A stretch of DNA of 64,000 bases, taken from the NCBI GenBank assembly GCA_965242695.1, contig CBDESU010000001.1:608001-672000 (forward strand). The letters are read 5' to 3'. How positions within the stretch are numbered: position 1 is the first letter of the stretch; each line of letters begins with the position of its first letter. Of the stretch, positions 1-11,700 are shown in pieces. The notes under the pieces were generated by a model. The model made no database searches. It was not told the origin of the DNA and worked only from the letters and a program-made list of their open reading frames with translations. The DNA comes from Cenarchaeum sp. Lineage in GTDB: Archaea > Thermoproteota > Nitrososphaeria > Nitrososphaerales > Nitrosopumilaceae. The translations under genes and the position numbers were made by a program.

Positions 1-192
1 GTTCATGTAGTAGGACGCGGCGAACGTGACGGTCTCGCCGGAGAGCCTCGCGCGGGCCGCATCCGCCGCGGCGGCGAGCTCGTGGAGGCCGGCGTTCTCG
101 GCGAGCTCCATGCCGTCGGCGCGCGACAGCTTCTCGCCGGCCGCGGTCCTGTCCAGTGTGGCGGATGACTCGCCGCCGAGGCCCTCGAGCAC
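1..192 (-). CDS. Radical SAM protein, CofH/MqnC/MqnE family, N-terminal part (runs off the window edge)
   Basis: Not in the ORF track. GTG at 192 gives MLEGLGGESSATLDRTAAGEKLSRADGMELAENAGLHELAAAADAARARLSGETVTFAASYYMN, the typical segment preceding NxTNxC in this family. AT-rich box (aatatat) about 25 bp upstream. Confidence 0.7.
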   Translation of the reverse strand, partial: MLEGLGGESSATLDRTAAGEKLSRADGMELAENAGLHELAAAADAARARLSGETVTFAASYYMN

Positions 193-832
193 GGGCGGTT
201 CGCTTCCCGCGGGCGATATATTGGTTGGCGGCTCGGGGCCGGGGGAGATGGGGAGGATCCCCGCCCCGCAGGGCCTGCGATGCCGCGCGGCGCGCCGGCG
301 GCCCGCGTGCTTGGCCGGGCATGCCGGCCGGCGATCGGGCGATCGCAGCGCCGGCGCTTGCGCTCTCGGCCGCCGGCGAAGCGGGGCGATCGCGCCTGCC
401 TCGTCGTGTCGCGCCGCCGGGATTGCCCCGCCTGTGGCCGGCCTGCGGGCAGGGAGCGAACCGGCCGCACCGTCGTGGGCACACCGAGCCCGATCGCACC
501 GTTGTCGTCCTCGATGCCGCCGCCCGTACGCTGCGCCTTGCCCCTCCATGCTGCGCGGCCTTGCCTGCTAGGGCGGGACAAAAAACTGGCAAAAAAGCAA
601 AAAAGCAAAAAAAAAAAACGCCCTGCCCGCTCCACACTGCAGGTTTTCGACCCATTGCCACAAGAATGCCCGTTTTTGGCGCAAGCATGGCGTGGCAGGC
701 GGGGCGCCAGCGCGCCTCGATCCGCGCCCGCCAGGGCGCATCCGGCCGTAGTCTATAGGCCTATTTTCCTCCCCCTAGAAGGCGCGGTGTATTGGGCAAA
801 TGCTTATATGTGGGGGCGCGCCGTGCCGGCAC

Positions 833-1549
833 ATGAATATGAAACGAACCGGCGTTGTGGCCGGGGCCAGCTTGGCAGCGGTGGCGGGACTTGCCGCCGT
901 GCTGTCGTCGGCCGGCCTGCTGGAGACGGACGATGCGGCCAAGGCCGGCTCGTCCGCCCTGTCGCTGTACGGCGTGGCCACCGTGGTCCACACGGGGGCC
1001 GACGGCGCGGTGCTCGACACGCAAACCGCCCACAACCGCCTTCTTGACGATGGTGAAGAGTTCATACTTGAACAAGTCTTCAGTGATGGGGAGACTCTCG
1101 TGACAGATGATGTGCAGATCGGGGCGATATGCCTCAGCTCTGAAGATATGAACCTCCTAGGTAATCCTGATTCTGGTACTAACAACCTTGAAGGAACCTT
1201 GACTGCGGCCACTTTTGAGAGTGGGCACGATAATGACTATGCTACCGCCAATGGGGTAGACGAAACCGCCACGTTGGAGTGCATCACGGACGATGACGTG
1301 ACGATGAGCGGTTCGATTGCGACCGTGGGCCCGCTGACATTTAACGCAAGCACTACGGGCGCCTCTAATTGGGTTCCAGGTGAGGATGTAAACACGATCG
1401 GCGTATGCCAGGCAGACTCTGGAGATGCCCCGGTGACTGCCTGCGCAGGCACGCTGTTTGCTGCAGTAGATATCAACGAAGTAGTTCTCAATGACGGAGA
1501 GACACTCACCGTAACATACACGTTTAACATGGCTAGCCTTGAGAACTAG
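833..1549 (+). CDS. Secreted beta-rich hypothetical protein (possible fibre/pilus-like subunit)
   Basis: ATG at 833 lies about 25 bp after cttatat. Signal/TM segment KRTGVVAGASLAAVAGLAAVL; acidic Thr/Asp-rich mature part with 4 Cys, ending LNDGETLTVTYTFN; T-tract follows. Confidence 0.75.
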   Translation: MNMKRTGVVAGASLAAVAGLAAVLSSAGLLETDDAAKAGSSALSLYGVATVVHTGADGAVLDTQTAHNRLLDDGEEFILEQVFSDGETLVTDDVQIGAICLSSEDMNLLGNPDSGTNNLEGTLTAATFESGHDNDYATANGVDETATLECITDDDVTMSGSIATVGPLTFNASTTGASNWVPGEDVNTIGVCQADSGDAPVTACAGTLFAAVDINEVVLNDGETLTVTYTFNMASLEN

Positions 1550-1569
1550 AGCGAAATCTCTGACACCTA

Positions 1570-1581
1570 ATTTTTTATTTG
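1570..1581 (+). terminator. Oligo-T terminator
   Basis: attttttatttg about 20 bp after the stop of 833..1549. Confidence 0.45.
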
Positions 1582-1826
1582 GCTAACGGGGCGTCCCCGT
1601 AGCGCCGTTTGCCGCCTAGCGGCCGTTAGGGTGATGCACACCAGCCCTGCGCTGATCTGATGCACACCTCGCCCTCCGGAAATGGTGGCCCCTGCGAATA
1701 ATGCCTGTTAGGGCGTAGGCCGCCCTACTCCGTCCACCCATCCCTGCCGTCTGGACGGCCGCATGATCATTCTGACTCGCGGTGCCGGCAGGGAATCTTT
1801 ACAAGGGGCCTAGCGCGGGCCCTCGC

Positions 1827-2012
1827 ATGGTCGACGGAACGACAAACAAGTCCGAGGAATCCAAGCGTCTGGACGACATGGCCGGGGTGGCGCCCGAGAA
1901 CAAGGTGCACGTAGCACGCCTGAGAAACATGTCTCAGGAGGAACTCGACGCGATTGGCGATGCGGAGTGCAAGGAGCGCCGGTGGCGGGAAAGCCTAGCG
2001 GAGATTCCCTAA
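1827..2012 (+). CDS. Small charged protein, paralog A (61 aa)
   Basis: ATG about 25 bp after ctttacaa. C-terminus MSQEELDAIGDAECKERRWRESLAEIP is identical to paralog B; T-tract terminator at 2040-2071. Confidence 0.7.
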   Translation: MVDGTTNKSEESKRLDDMAGVAPENKVHVARLRNMSQEELDAIGDAECKERRWRESLAEIP

Positions 2013-2134
2013 CGGCGTGGATGCACAGGGCCTTCATGGATTTTTTACTTTTTGTCTTTGTTTTTTTTGTTGCAGGACATGATCGGGTAGGGCCGCCTGC
2101 CTGCGCTTGCCACTACGCTGACCGGCCGCCGCGC

Positions 2135-2560
2135 TTAGTATCGACCAGGGTCTAGGCCGTGCGCCGCCTTGTAGCACTCGGCAGACTCTGCGCTGCGGCC
2201 CATGCGTGCTAGGACGCCCCCCTTGCCGGCAAGCGCGTATGCAAAGCGCGGGTCGAGATCTATGGCCCTGTTGTAACAGTACAGGGCATCGTCGGTGCGG
2301 CCGAGCGCCGCGAGCAGCCTTGCCATGCGGGCGTGTGCCTCTGCGTACCTGTCGTCCAGCTTGATCGCCCGATCGTACGCCGCAAACGCCTCCTCACTGC
2401 GGCCCATCTTGGCGAGCAGGCTGCCACGCTGAAGGTGGACATCCTCGTCGTACCGGGCCAGGGAAACCGCCCTGTCGCACGCCGCAAGCGCCTCCCCGTG
2501 GCGGCCCATCCGTGCGAGCGGCCTGCCCACCGAAGGTGGGACTCCCCATCGTACAGGGCT
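2135..2560 (-). pseudogene. Truncated copy of the 3' TPR half of the HEPN-TPR gene at 4108..5463
   Basis: About 4 TPRs nearly identical to the C-terminus of 4108..5463 (MGRSEEAFAAYDRAIKLDDRYAEAHARMARLL...HGLDPGRY). Upstream part decays and shifts frame; no HEPN domain. Confidence 0.7.
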
Positions 2561-2760
2561 AGGCCGGCGCCTGATCCCCCGTTGGATGTGGCCGCCTTTG
2601 CCGGCAGTGCGCGCCGGACAGGATGCCGCTCCGTGCCGGCCCGGCCTCGCGCCGGCAGCAGGCCGGATGCGCGGCAACCCTTGTTTGCGGCGCTCCCTTG
2701 GCAGCGATCGCCGCGGCCGGCGGCGGAAACCCCTATAAGTAGGCCCCGCGCCGGCCCTTC

Positions 2761-2955
2761 ATGGTCAGTGAGATGGAAAGCGGCAGATCCGAGTACCTTG
2801 AGAAGCTGGACGCCGAGGCTAGGGCCAGGCTGACGCCCGAGGACTGGGAGCGGGCCGCCCGCATGAACCGCATGTCCCAAGAAGAGCTCGACGCGATTGG
2901 CGATGCGGAATGCAAGGAGCGCCGGTGGCGGGAAAGCCTGGCCGAGATTCCCTAG
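2761..2955 (+). CDS. Small charged protein, paralog B (64 aa)
   Basis: ctataag TATA box at about 2733; T-tract at 2983-3017; homologous to A and C. Confidence 0.75.
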   Translation: MVSEMESGRSEYLEKLDAEARARLTPEDWERAARMNRMSQEELDAIGDAECKERRWRESLAEIP

Positions 2956-3080
2956 CGACGTGGATGCACAGGGGCTTCGTGGATTTTTTATTTTTTGTCT
3001 TTGTTTTTTTTTTTGTTGCAGGGCATGATCTGGCGGGGCCACCAGCCTGCGCTTGCCACTGCGCCAGCAAGTCGTCGCGT

Positions 3081-3610
3081 CTAGTAGTGGCCGGGATCTA
3101 GGCCGTGCGCCGCCTTGTAGCACTCGGCCGACTCTGCGCCGCGGCCCATGCGCGCCAGGACGCCCCCCTTGCCGGCAAGCGCGTATGCAAAGCGCGGGTC
3201 GAACTCTATGGCCCTGTTGTAAAAGTACAGGGCATCGTCGGTGCGGCCGAGCGCCGCGAGCAGCCTTGCCTTGCGGCCGAGCGCCTCGGCATACCTCACG
3301 TCCAGTGCGATTGCCCGGTCGTACGCCGCAAGCGCCTCGTCGCTGCGGTCCATCCTGGCAAGCGGCTGCCGCGCTGAAGGTGGACATCCTCGTCGTACCG
3401 GGCCAGGGCCGCCGCCCTGTCGCACGATGCAAGCGCCTCGTCGCTGCGGCCCATCCTGGCGAGCAGGCTGCCCCTGAGCAGGTGCGTCATGTGCATTGTA
3501 TCGTAGATGCCGAGCGCCCTGTCGCACGATGCCAGCGCCTCTCCGTGGCGGCCCATCCGTGCGAGCGGCCTGCCAGCCGAAGATGTGACTCCTCATCGTA
3601 CAGGGCTAGG
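3081..3610 (-). pseudogene. Second truncated, frameshifted copy of the 3' TPR region of 4108..5463
   Basis: TPR reading is split between ORFs 3296..3556 and 3081..3596 by a 1-bp deletion near 3364 (gcaagc-ggctgcc versus gcgagcaggctgcc). Confidence 0.7.
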
Positions 3611-3807
3611 CCGGCGCCTGATCCCCCGTTGGATGTGGCCGCCTTTGCCGGCAGTGCGCGCCGGACGGGATGCCGCTCCGTGCCGGCCCGGCCTCGCGCC
3701 GGCAGCAGGCCTGATGCGCAGCAACCCTTGTTTGCGGCGCTCCCTTGGCAGCGATCGCCGCGGCCGGCGGCGGAAACCCCTATAAGGAGGCCCCGCGCCG
3801 GCCCTTC

Positions 3808-4002
3808 ATGGTCAGTGAGATGGAAAGCGGCAGGTCCGAGTACCTTGAGAAGCTGGACGCCGAGGCTAGGGCCAGGCTGACGCCAGAGGACTGGGAGCGG
3901 GCCGCCCGCATGAACCGCATGTCCCCGGAAGAGCTCGATGCGATTGGAGACAAAGAGTGCGAAGAGCGCCGTCGCCGGGCTAGGTTTGCCGAGATTCCCT
4001 AG
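3808..4002 (+). CDS. Small charged protein, paralog C (64 aa)
   Basis: ctataag TATA at 3780; N-terminus identical to B, C-terminus divergent (MSPEELDAIGDKECEERRRRARFAEIP). Confidence 0.75.
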   Translation: MVSEMESGRSEYLEKLDAEARARLTPEDWERAARMNRMSPEELDAIGDKECEERRRRARFAEIP

Positions 4003-4107
4003 TGGCGTGGATGCACAGGCACCTCTTGGATTTTTTGTTCTGTTCTACAGGACGCGATGGGTTGGGCCGCCTGCCTGCGCTCGGCGTCCACTGGCAAGCG
4101 GCCGCGC

Positions 4108-5463
4108 CTAGTAGTGGTCGGGATCTAGGCCGTGCGCCGCCTTGTAGCACTCGGCCGACTCTGCGCCGCGGCCCATGCGCGCCAGGACGTCCCCCTTGCC
4201 GGCAAGCGCGTATGCAAAGCGCGGGTCGAACTCTATGGCCCTGTTGTAAAAGTACAGGGCATCGTCGGTGCGGCCGAGCGCCGCGAGCAGCCTTGCCATG
4301 CGGGCGTGTGCCTCTGCATACCTGTCGTCCAGCTTGATCGCCCGGTCGTACGCGGCAAGCGCCTCCTCACTGCGGCCCATCTTGGCGAGCAGGCTACCCC
4401 GCTGAAGGTGTACATCCTCGTCGTACCGGGCCAAGGCCGTCGCCCGGTCATACGCCGCAAGCGCCTCCTCACTGCGGCCCGCCTCGGCGAGCAGTTCGCC
4501 CCTGAGCAGGTGCGCCCTGTGCATCGTGTTGTCAAGGCCGAGCGCCCCGTCGCACGATGCCAGCGCCTCGCCGTGGCGGCCCATGCCTGCCAACAGGTCT
4601 GCCTTGCGCAGGTGCGCCTCGGATAGAAACGGGGCAAGCTCGACCGCACGGCCGTACGCCGCAAGCGCCTCCTCGTCCCTACCCATCCTAGCCAGAGTCT
4701 GGGCCCTGCCAAGGTGCGTGACGGCGCGCCCCGGATCCAGCCCTGCCGCCCGATCGTGGCTGGCAAGCGCCCCCTCGTAGCGGCCCAGGCCTGCGAGCGC
4801 TAGGCCCATCTTTGCGTGCGCCTCCGCACTGTCCGGATTCCCGGCGACCTGTTCCATGCAAAGCTCCAGCGCCCCCTCGTAGCCCTTGCGCGACAGCTCC
4901 CAGAGGCGCATCCCCCAGAATATGTCGCCCTGCAGCAGGCGCATGTCGATGAGCGTGCCGGGAAACGGCGCGGCCAGCCTGAAGGCGACGCGCTCGGTCG
5001 TCCCGTACGCGGCGAGCCTGTCAAGGTCGCCGTACGTCGACGTGTGGACGCGGTCGTGCCTGAACCTGATCAGGATGCCAAAGTCGCAGCGCAGCTGCTC
5101 GTCGCCTTTGAAGGGGTCGTCCATGCCGTGCTCGCGCAGCGCAGCCACGATGGTCTCGATGCTCTGAAAGTTGTACGTGAACGAGACGAGGACGGCCAGG
5201 GGCATGCCGGCGGTGCGGGGCATGCTGACAATGTCGATCGTCAGGCTCGACGGCATGGTGCTGTCGTCCTCGCTCAGCCACAGGGCGATGAGGTGCCTGC
5301 ACAGCTGCTCGATGACCGAGATGAGGGTGGTGGCTATGCTGCGCGGCGCATGCCTTGCATCCGAATCCCGTTCGCGCAGGACTGCGCACAGGTCGTGCAT
5401 TATGTCCTGCAGATTCTGCCCCGTCAGCGCATGCGTGAGGCTGACGACCCTTCTCGTCCTCAT
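4108..5463 (-). CDS. HEPN-domain (putative RNase) + TPR repeat protein
   Basis: ATG at 5463 lies about 25 bp from ttttaata. N-terminal helical domain with LISVIEQLCR and RHDRVH (RxxxxH), then about 8 TPRs. Confidence 0.75.
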   Translation of the reverse strand: MRTRRVVSLTHALTGQNLQDIMHDLCAVLRERDSDARHAPRSIATTLISVIEQLCRHLIALWLSEDDSTMPSSLTIDIVSMPRTAGMPLAVLVSFTYNFQSIETIVAALREHGMDDPFKGDEQLRCDFGILIRFRHDRVHTSTYGDLDRLAAYGTTERVAFRLAAPFPGTLIDMRLLQGDIFWGMRLWELSRKGYEGALELCMEQVAGNPDSAEAHAKMGLALAGLGRYEGALASHDRAAGLDPGRAVTHLGRAQTLARMGRDEEALAAYGRAVELAPFLSEAHLRKADLLAGMGRHGEALASCDGALGLDNTMHRAHLLRGELLAEAGRSEEALAAYDRATALARYDEDVHLQRGSLLAKMGRSEEALAAYDRAIKLDDRYAEAHARMARLLAALGRTDDALYFYNRAIEFDPRFAYALAGKGDVLARMGRGAESAECYKAAHGLDPDHY

Positions 5464-5798
5464 CGGCGAGGCCGGACATGGACGGCTATTAAAACCACTC
5501 CTCGCGAATTTCAGTTCTGTCGAGGCACGCTCGCCGCCGGAAGGGGAGGGGGAGGAGGGCGGATGGGAAGGAGCGAACGGCGGCAGGAGCCGCAGGGCGC
5601 TCGTCGGGCCTGCCAAGCCTCGGCACGGGCGCCCCGTCTCCTGCCCAAAGCAGGCGGCGGCCGGGCTGCGCAGGGCTCCATGCGGCCCGGTTCGCAGTGC
5701 GCCGAACCACTCGTGTCATGTGCCGTGTTGTGCGCCCGGCGGATGCCGTGCCGCCGTTCGCACCGCGGCACGGGGGGCGCCTTCCGGCGGCGCGGGCC

Positions 5799-8700
5799 CT
5801 AGTGCCAGCCCTGCGGCACAGCTGGCGCCGCCGGCCGGCCGCGGCTGCGGCCCCGGCGGCGCAGCGCAAAGGCGGCCGCGGCCAGTATTGCGGCAACGGC
5901 CGCCGCGGCCGCCATGTACGCCGCCGCCTGCAGTTGCCCGCTGCCCTCGGGCGCAGGCGCGGGCTCGGCAGGGGGCGCATCCTCCGCGGCGTCGCGCGCA
6001 GGGGTATGCCCGCCCCTGTCCCGGCCTCCGACGGCGGGCATGCCAAGGCTGTCGCCCAGTATCGGTTCTTCCTCTCCCCCTCCGAACTGGATCATGGTCG
6101 GCTCTGCCTCGGCCTCTGCCTCGGCCGGCACAGAGGCGGCCGCAGCCGCCCCGCCTGCCGCCGGACCGGGCTCGGCCGGAGCCGAGACGGCCACCTCGCC
6201 TCCGTGCGCGGAATCCTCGGGATGCGGCTCCTGCTGCCCGCCCTGGCCGGGCGACGCGTCGTTCCCAAACGAGCGCGCGCCGCTGCACGAGTCGATCCGC
6301 ACATCCTCCTCGTCGGCCACCGTGTAGCACAGCGATCCCGACGACGAGTTGACCTCGCACTCGCCGAGGGGCAGCGAGTTGAGGTACGCCGGGGGCGGGA
6401 CGCCGTGCGACATGCGCGCCTCTATGTGCAGGTCGCGCCCGGCGCCGATGTCGACCCTGGCGTGCCATGTCGTGGAGTATCCATCTCCGGGCGCGCCGTC
6501 GGGGACGGCAAACGAGGCCACTGTAGGGGGCGCGAGCGAGGCGCCGGACGGGACTCCTCCGCCTTCATCCTGCCCGACGGCCACGTACGTGGTGCTCCTG
6601 CCGTCGTCGACCACTATGCGCAGGTCGCTGCCCCCGCCGCAAAAGTCCCATGCGACCCCTGCGATCGACGGCAGGCGCGATCCGCCGCCCTGGTTGGCCG
6701 CAGGCGCCCCGGCGCCGTCCGCGCCCCTGGGACCTCCGCCGCCCCCGCCGCCCCCGCCCCCGCCGCCCCCGCCCCCGCCCCCGCCCATGAAGGGGGCCGG
6801 CGCCGCCGGGGCCGGGGCGGGGGCAGCGGGCGGCGCCGGAGTTGCGGGAGCCACTACTATCGGCGGCGGATCCGACTGCGGCGGATCCGACTGCGGCGGA
6901 TCCGACTGCGGCGGATCCGACTGCGGCGGATCCGACTGCGGCGGGGGCTCTGGACTCCCGTGCACGTACGAGGCTGCGTCCGCCGCATCGGGCGCATCGC
7001 GCGCGTCTTCCATGTGCATGCCGGGCGCCGCGGCGTCCTGGCTCGGCCCGCCGGGGCGGCCATCGCCGATTCCGGGCACGGCAGAGGCCGCATCGACCGC
7101 GCTCGGCGCATCGCCGGCCCCGCGAATATGCGAGGCGCTGGCCCAGGCCGAGTCGGACAGGGCCGGCGCATCCGCCGCCTCCGTCCCGTTCGCGTCTCCC
7201 CCGCGCGCCGGCGCGCCTGGATCGTCCTGATCGCCTGGATCGTCCTGATCGCCAGGGTCGCCCGGCGCGACGGTCGGCGCGCCGATCTGCATCTCCGCGA
7301 CCGCCGAGCTCGCGTGGCCCGGCGCGTCTCCGATCCGTACGACATGCGAGCCGCCGGATATCGCCGAGTCCGACACGCCCGGCGCGTCGCCCACTGCCGT
7401 CCCGAACATCCCAGACACCTCGGCCGAGTCGGACACGCCCGGCGCATCCACGACGGACTTTCCGAACATCCCCGACACCTCGGCCGAGTCGGACACGCCC
7501 GGCGCATCCACGACGGACTTTCCGAACATCCCCGACACCTCGGCCGAGTCGGACACGCCCGGCGCATCCACGACGGACTTTCCGAACATCCCCGACACCT
7601 CGGCCGAGTCGGACACGCCCGGCGCATCCACGACGGACTTTCCGAACATCCCCGACACCTCGGCCGAGTCGGACACGCCCGGCGCATCGCCTGGCCTCGA
7701 CACGCGGGATGCTTCCGAGCTGGCCGAGTCTAGCACGCCCGGCGCATCGCCGACCGACTTTCCGAACATTCCGTGCGCCGTGGCCGAGTCGGCCACGCCC
7801 GGCGCATCGCCGACCGACTTTCCGAACATTCCGTGCGCCGTGGCCGAGTCGGCCACGGCCGGAGCATCCGGCGTCGGATCGTGCACGGTTCGCGGCCCCA
7901 TGACGTGGGTCATTCCCCCGCCGTCGACCGTTGTGATCGACTCGGCCACGCCGGGCGCATCGGCCGCGGCGACGGCCCTGGAATGGCCCGCGTCCGCCGA
8001 GTCCGACACGCCCGGCGCGTCCCCGACGGCCGAGACGGCCATGGCGACCGCCGATGCGCCGTCCGACACGCTAGGCGCATCGCCGGGCTGCGGAACGGCC
8101 AGCAGCGATCCGCGCGCCGACGCCCCGTCCGACACGCCGGGCTCGTCCCCGACGGCCAGGATCGCCATGGCGACCGCCGACGCCCCGTCCGACACGCCGG
8201 GCTCGTCCCCGACGGCCAGGATCGCCATGGCGACCGCCGACGCGCCGTCCGACACGCCGGGCTCGTCATACGCCATTGCATGCACCGCCGGCACTGCACG
8301 GTCCGACACGGCCGGCGCATCGCCTGCAGAGATCGACGCGCCGATCAGGGCCATGTCGGCCGCCGAGATGCGGTCGGCGGCCCTGATGCCGCGGCTCGCC
8401 GAGTGCGAGTCCGACACGCTTGGAGCATCGCCGGGCGCCGAGACGGCCGTGGCGACCGCCGCCGCCCCGTCGCCGACCGCCGGCGCATCGCGCGCCATCC
8501 GGTGGACGGCCGGCACGGCGCCGTCGGCCACACCGGGCGCATCCTGGGCCGCCTCGATGTACCCTGCCCGCGCAACGGCGCCGTCGGCTATCTGCGGAGA
8601 CCCGCCGTCGGCGGCGATCACCGCGCTCGCCGAGTAAGAGTCGGCCGGTACGGGCGCATCATGCGCTAGCATCGAGTATGCCGGATGGTGCGAGTCGGAC

Positions 8701-11700
8701 ACGCCAGGCGCATCGTACGCCATCGCATGCACGGCCGGCACCGCGCGGTCGCCTACCGCCGGCGCATCCGGCCGCACGTCCGCAATGTACGATGCCGGCG
8801 CCGTCCCGCCGTCCCTCACCGCCGGCGCATCGTGCGCGAGCATCGAATAGTTGTTGCTGACCGAGTCTGCCACATCGGGCGCATCGCGCGCCATCCGGTG
8901 GACGGCCGGCACTGCATGATCCGACACGCCCGGCGCATCCGGCCTCGCCACCCCAATGTACGACGCCGGCGCCGTCCCGCCGTCCAGCACGGCAGGCGCA
9001 TCGTGCGCGAGCGCCGTATAGTCGCCGCGGATCGAGTCTGCCACACCGGGCGCATCGCGCGCCGCCCGCGCGTGCCCGAACAGGGCTACGGCCGAGTCGT
9101 TTACCGCCGGCGCATCCGCCCTGGGGGACGCGCCAAACCTGATGCTGTACAGCATGACCATGTTGGCCCCCGAGTCCATGACGGCCAGCCTCCCGCTGCC
9201 GTACGAGGCCGCATCGTGCGGCGCGACGAGTGGATCCATCGTACCGCCGGTCCCGTTGCCGCCGGCGGCCCCTGCAGCCCCTCCTCCGCCCGGGCCGAAC
9301 GAGCCGAGCATGCCCCCCGCAGAGTCGAACACGACGACCCTGCCGTTGCCCGTATCGGCCACTATGATCCTGTCGGACGGGCCGGCCTCGATGCCGGCCG
9401 GCGATGCGAGCCCCGCCGAGGCGCCGACTGTCATGTTGTGGGTAAGGTCGGCGTTGAACACCAGCGTGCGGTTGTTGCCCGTGTCGGCGACCAGGATGCG
9501 CCCCATGCCGTCGATCGCCGCGCCGGCCGGCCCGTCTAGCGCCGAGCCAGAGGCCGAGCGCAGCGAGCCGGCGAGCGTATAGTTCGGGTGGGGCACCTCG
9601 GCATACCGCACGCCCGGCCCGTTGACGGCCACGCCGCGCGGGTCGCCGGCGCTCGCCGCCGGCGCAAACACCTGCACCCTGTCGTTTCCCGTGTCGGCCA
9701 CGGCGATGCTCCCGTTCGGGCCCACGTCGACCGCCCCGGGCGAGCGGAACATGCCGCCGCCCATCCCCGGCCCAGGCCCGCCTATCGTCTGGAGGTGGGC
9801 CCCGCGCGGGTTGAACACCTTTACGCGGTGGTTGCCCGTGTCCGCTATGTACATGTTGCCGGCGGCATCGAAGGCGATCCCCTCGTCGAGCGCAAAGTTC
9901 GTGTTTGCCGTCCCGCGCGCGCCGAACGTGTCCTCGTGCGTGCCGTTCGTGCTGAACACCTGCACGCGGTGGTTGCCCGTGTCGGCGACGGCGAGCCTGC
10001 CGTGCGTCTGGTCGGCGGCGATGCCGAGCGGCATGGCGAACCTGCCGCCGTCGGCGTCGCTCATCGTGATCGTCGTGGCATGCTCGCCGTCGCTGCCGAG
10101 GATATGCACCCTGGCGTTGCCGTGGTCGGCGACGTAGATGCGGCCGTCGCGGCCGACGTGCACGTCGACGGGCCTGTCGAACTGCGCATGCCCGCTCCCC
10201 CTCGAGCCGAACTCCTGCAGCAGCGTCCCGTCCGCCCTGTGCATCCTGATGGCGTTTCTTGCGCTGTCGGCGATCAGGATGCGGCTGTGCGAGTCGATGT
10301 CGATCCCGATTGGCAGCTCAAACAGGAACCGGCCGACGTGCCTGCCCATGAACTCGGCCGCCTCGCCGCTCGTCCCGTTGTAGACGGTCACGAGGTACCT
10401 TATGAACTGGGATCCGAGCGTCTGCACGTTCAGCGACACGATGCGGTCTGCATCGTCGGCCGCCACGGCCAGCGGCGTGCCGAGGGCCCCTATCGAGCCA
10501 TCGTGCGCGCCGTCCGGCGTGAAGCGGTGAACCGTCCGGCCGCCGCTCGATGCGACGATGATCCTGTCGAGCGAGTCGACTGCCACGTCGTCCGGGTACC
10601 TGACGTCCCCGTGTGTTATCGTCATCGCATGGGCGCCCGAGGGCGAAAAAACCTGCACCCTGTGGTTGTTGTAGTCGGCCACTATGATCCTGCCGCGCGA
10701 GTCGACTGCAATGCCGAGCGGCTCGTCGAACATGCCGTCGGCCGAGCCGGGCCCGCCGATTGTACTGCTGTTGCCCGTAACGGGATCGTACACCTGCACG
10801 CGGTCGTTTGCCCTGTCCGTTATGAAGACGCGGCCGGCCGCGTCGGTGGCCACGCCGCCGGGCTGGCCCCGCGCGCCGCCGCCTCCCAGGGGCCCGCCGA
10901 CGGGTATGTCCGACGCCACGGCGGCGCGCATCGTGCTGAACCCCTGCACGCGGGGGCCGAGCGTGTCGCCGGCGACGATCCACCCGTCGTCGTAGTCGAT
11001 CCCCGAGGCCCTGAACAGCTCGCCGTCGGCCGTCCCGTGCCGGCCTATGGTCCCCGCGTGGACGTACGCGGTCCCGTTGTCCGAGAACGCCTCGATGCGG
11101 TTGTTGAGCGCGTCGGCGACGAACAGCCTGCCGTCCTCGTCCATTGCCACATCGCGCATGAACGGCGGCCTAAGGTGCGCCGACTCGCCGGTCGCCAGCG
11201 TGCTGATCGTCCTTATGTGGCTGTAGTCGGCCGCGTCGAACACGTCGACGCGCTGCGACTGGGCTACCAGGATCGCCGAGCCGCCGGCGCCGGCGGCCAC
11301 GTCCACAATGGCGCTCGTTACGCCGTGGGTGCGGAACGCACCGAGGTGCACCTTTCCGCCGGGCATCCCGGGCGGGTCTATCACACTGCAGTCCGTCCCG
11401 TTGTAGACCCTTATGCGGGCCACGTTGTTGATCACAGGATCGTGCGCGTCGGCGACGAGCAGCCTGCCGTCGGGGAGCGAGTCGACGGCCACCGGCCTGC
11501 GCATCTCGCTGCTCCCCGCATGGCACGCGTAGCTTCCGCGGGAGTACACGAGGCGCCCGCACGAGAGCCGCTCGGCCTCCTCCCCCGCCGTGCACACGTG
11601 GTTCCCCATATGGTCGAGCACCTGCACGCGGCCGTTGCCGGTGTCGGCCACGGCAATGAGGCTCGGGGACGTCCCGTTGGGCACCGATGCAATCCCGGAC

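Noticed and set aside
578-620. A-rich tract as a terminator or retro-insertion tail
   Set aside because: No credible gene ends there and no target duplication is seen; function unsupported
2135-4600. Diversity-generating retroelement (TR/VR) explanation for the TPR copies
   Set aside because: Differences are not adenine-specific and no reverse transcriptase is present in the window
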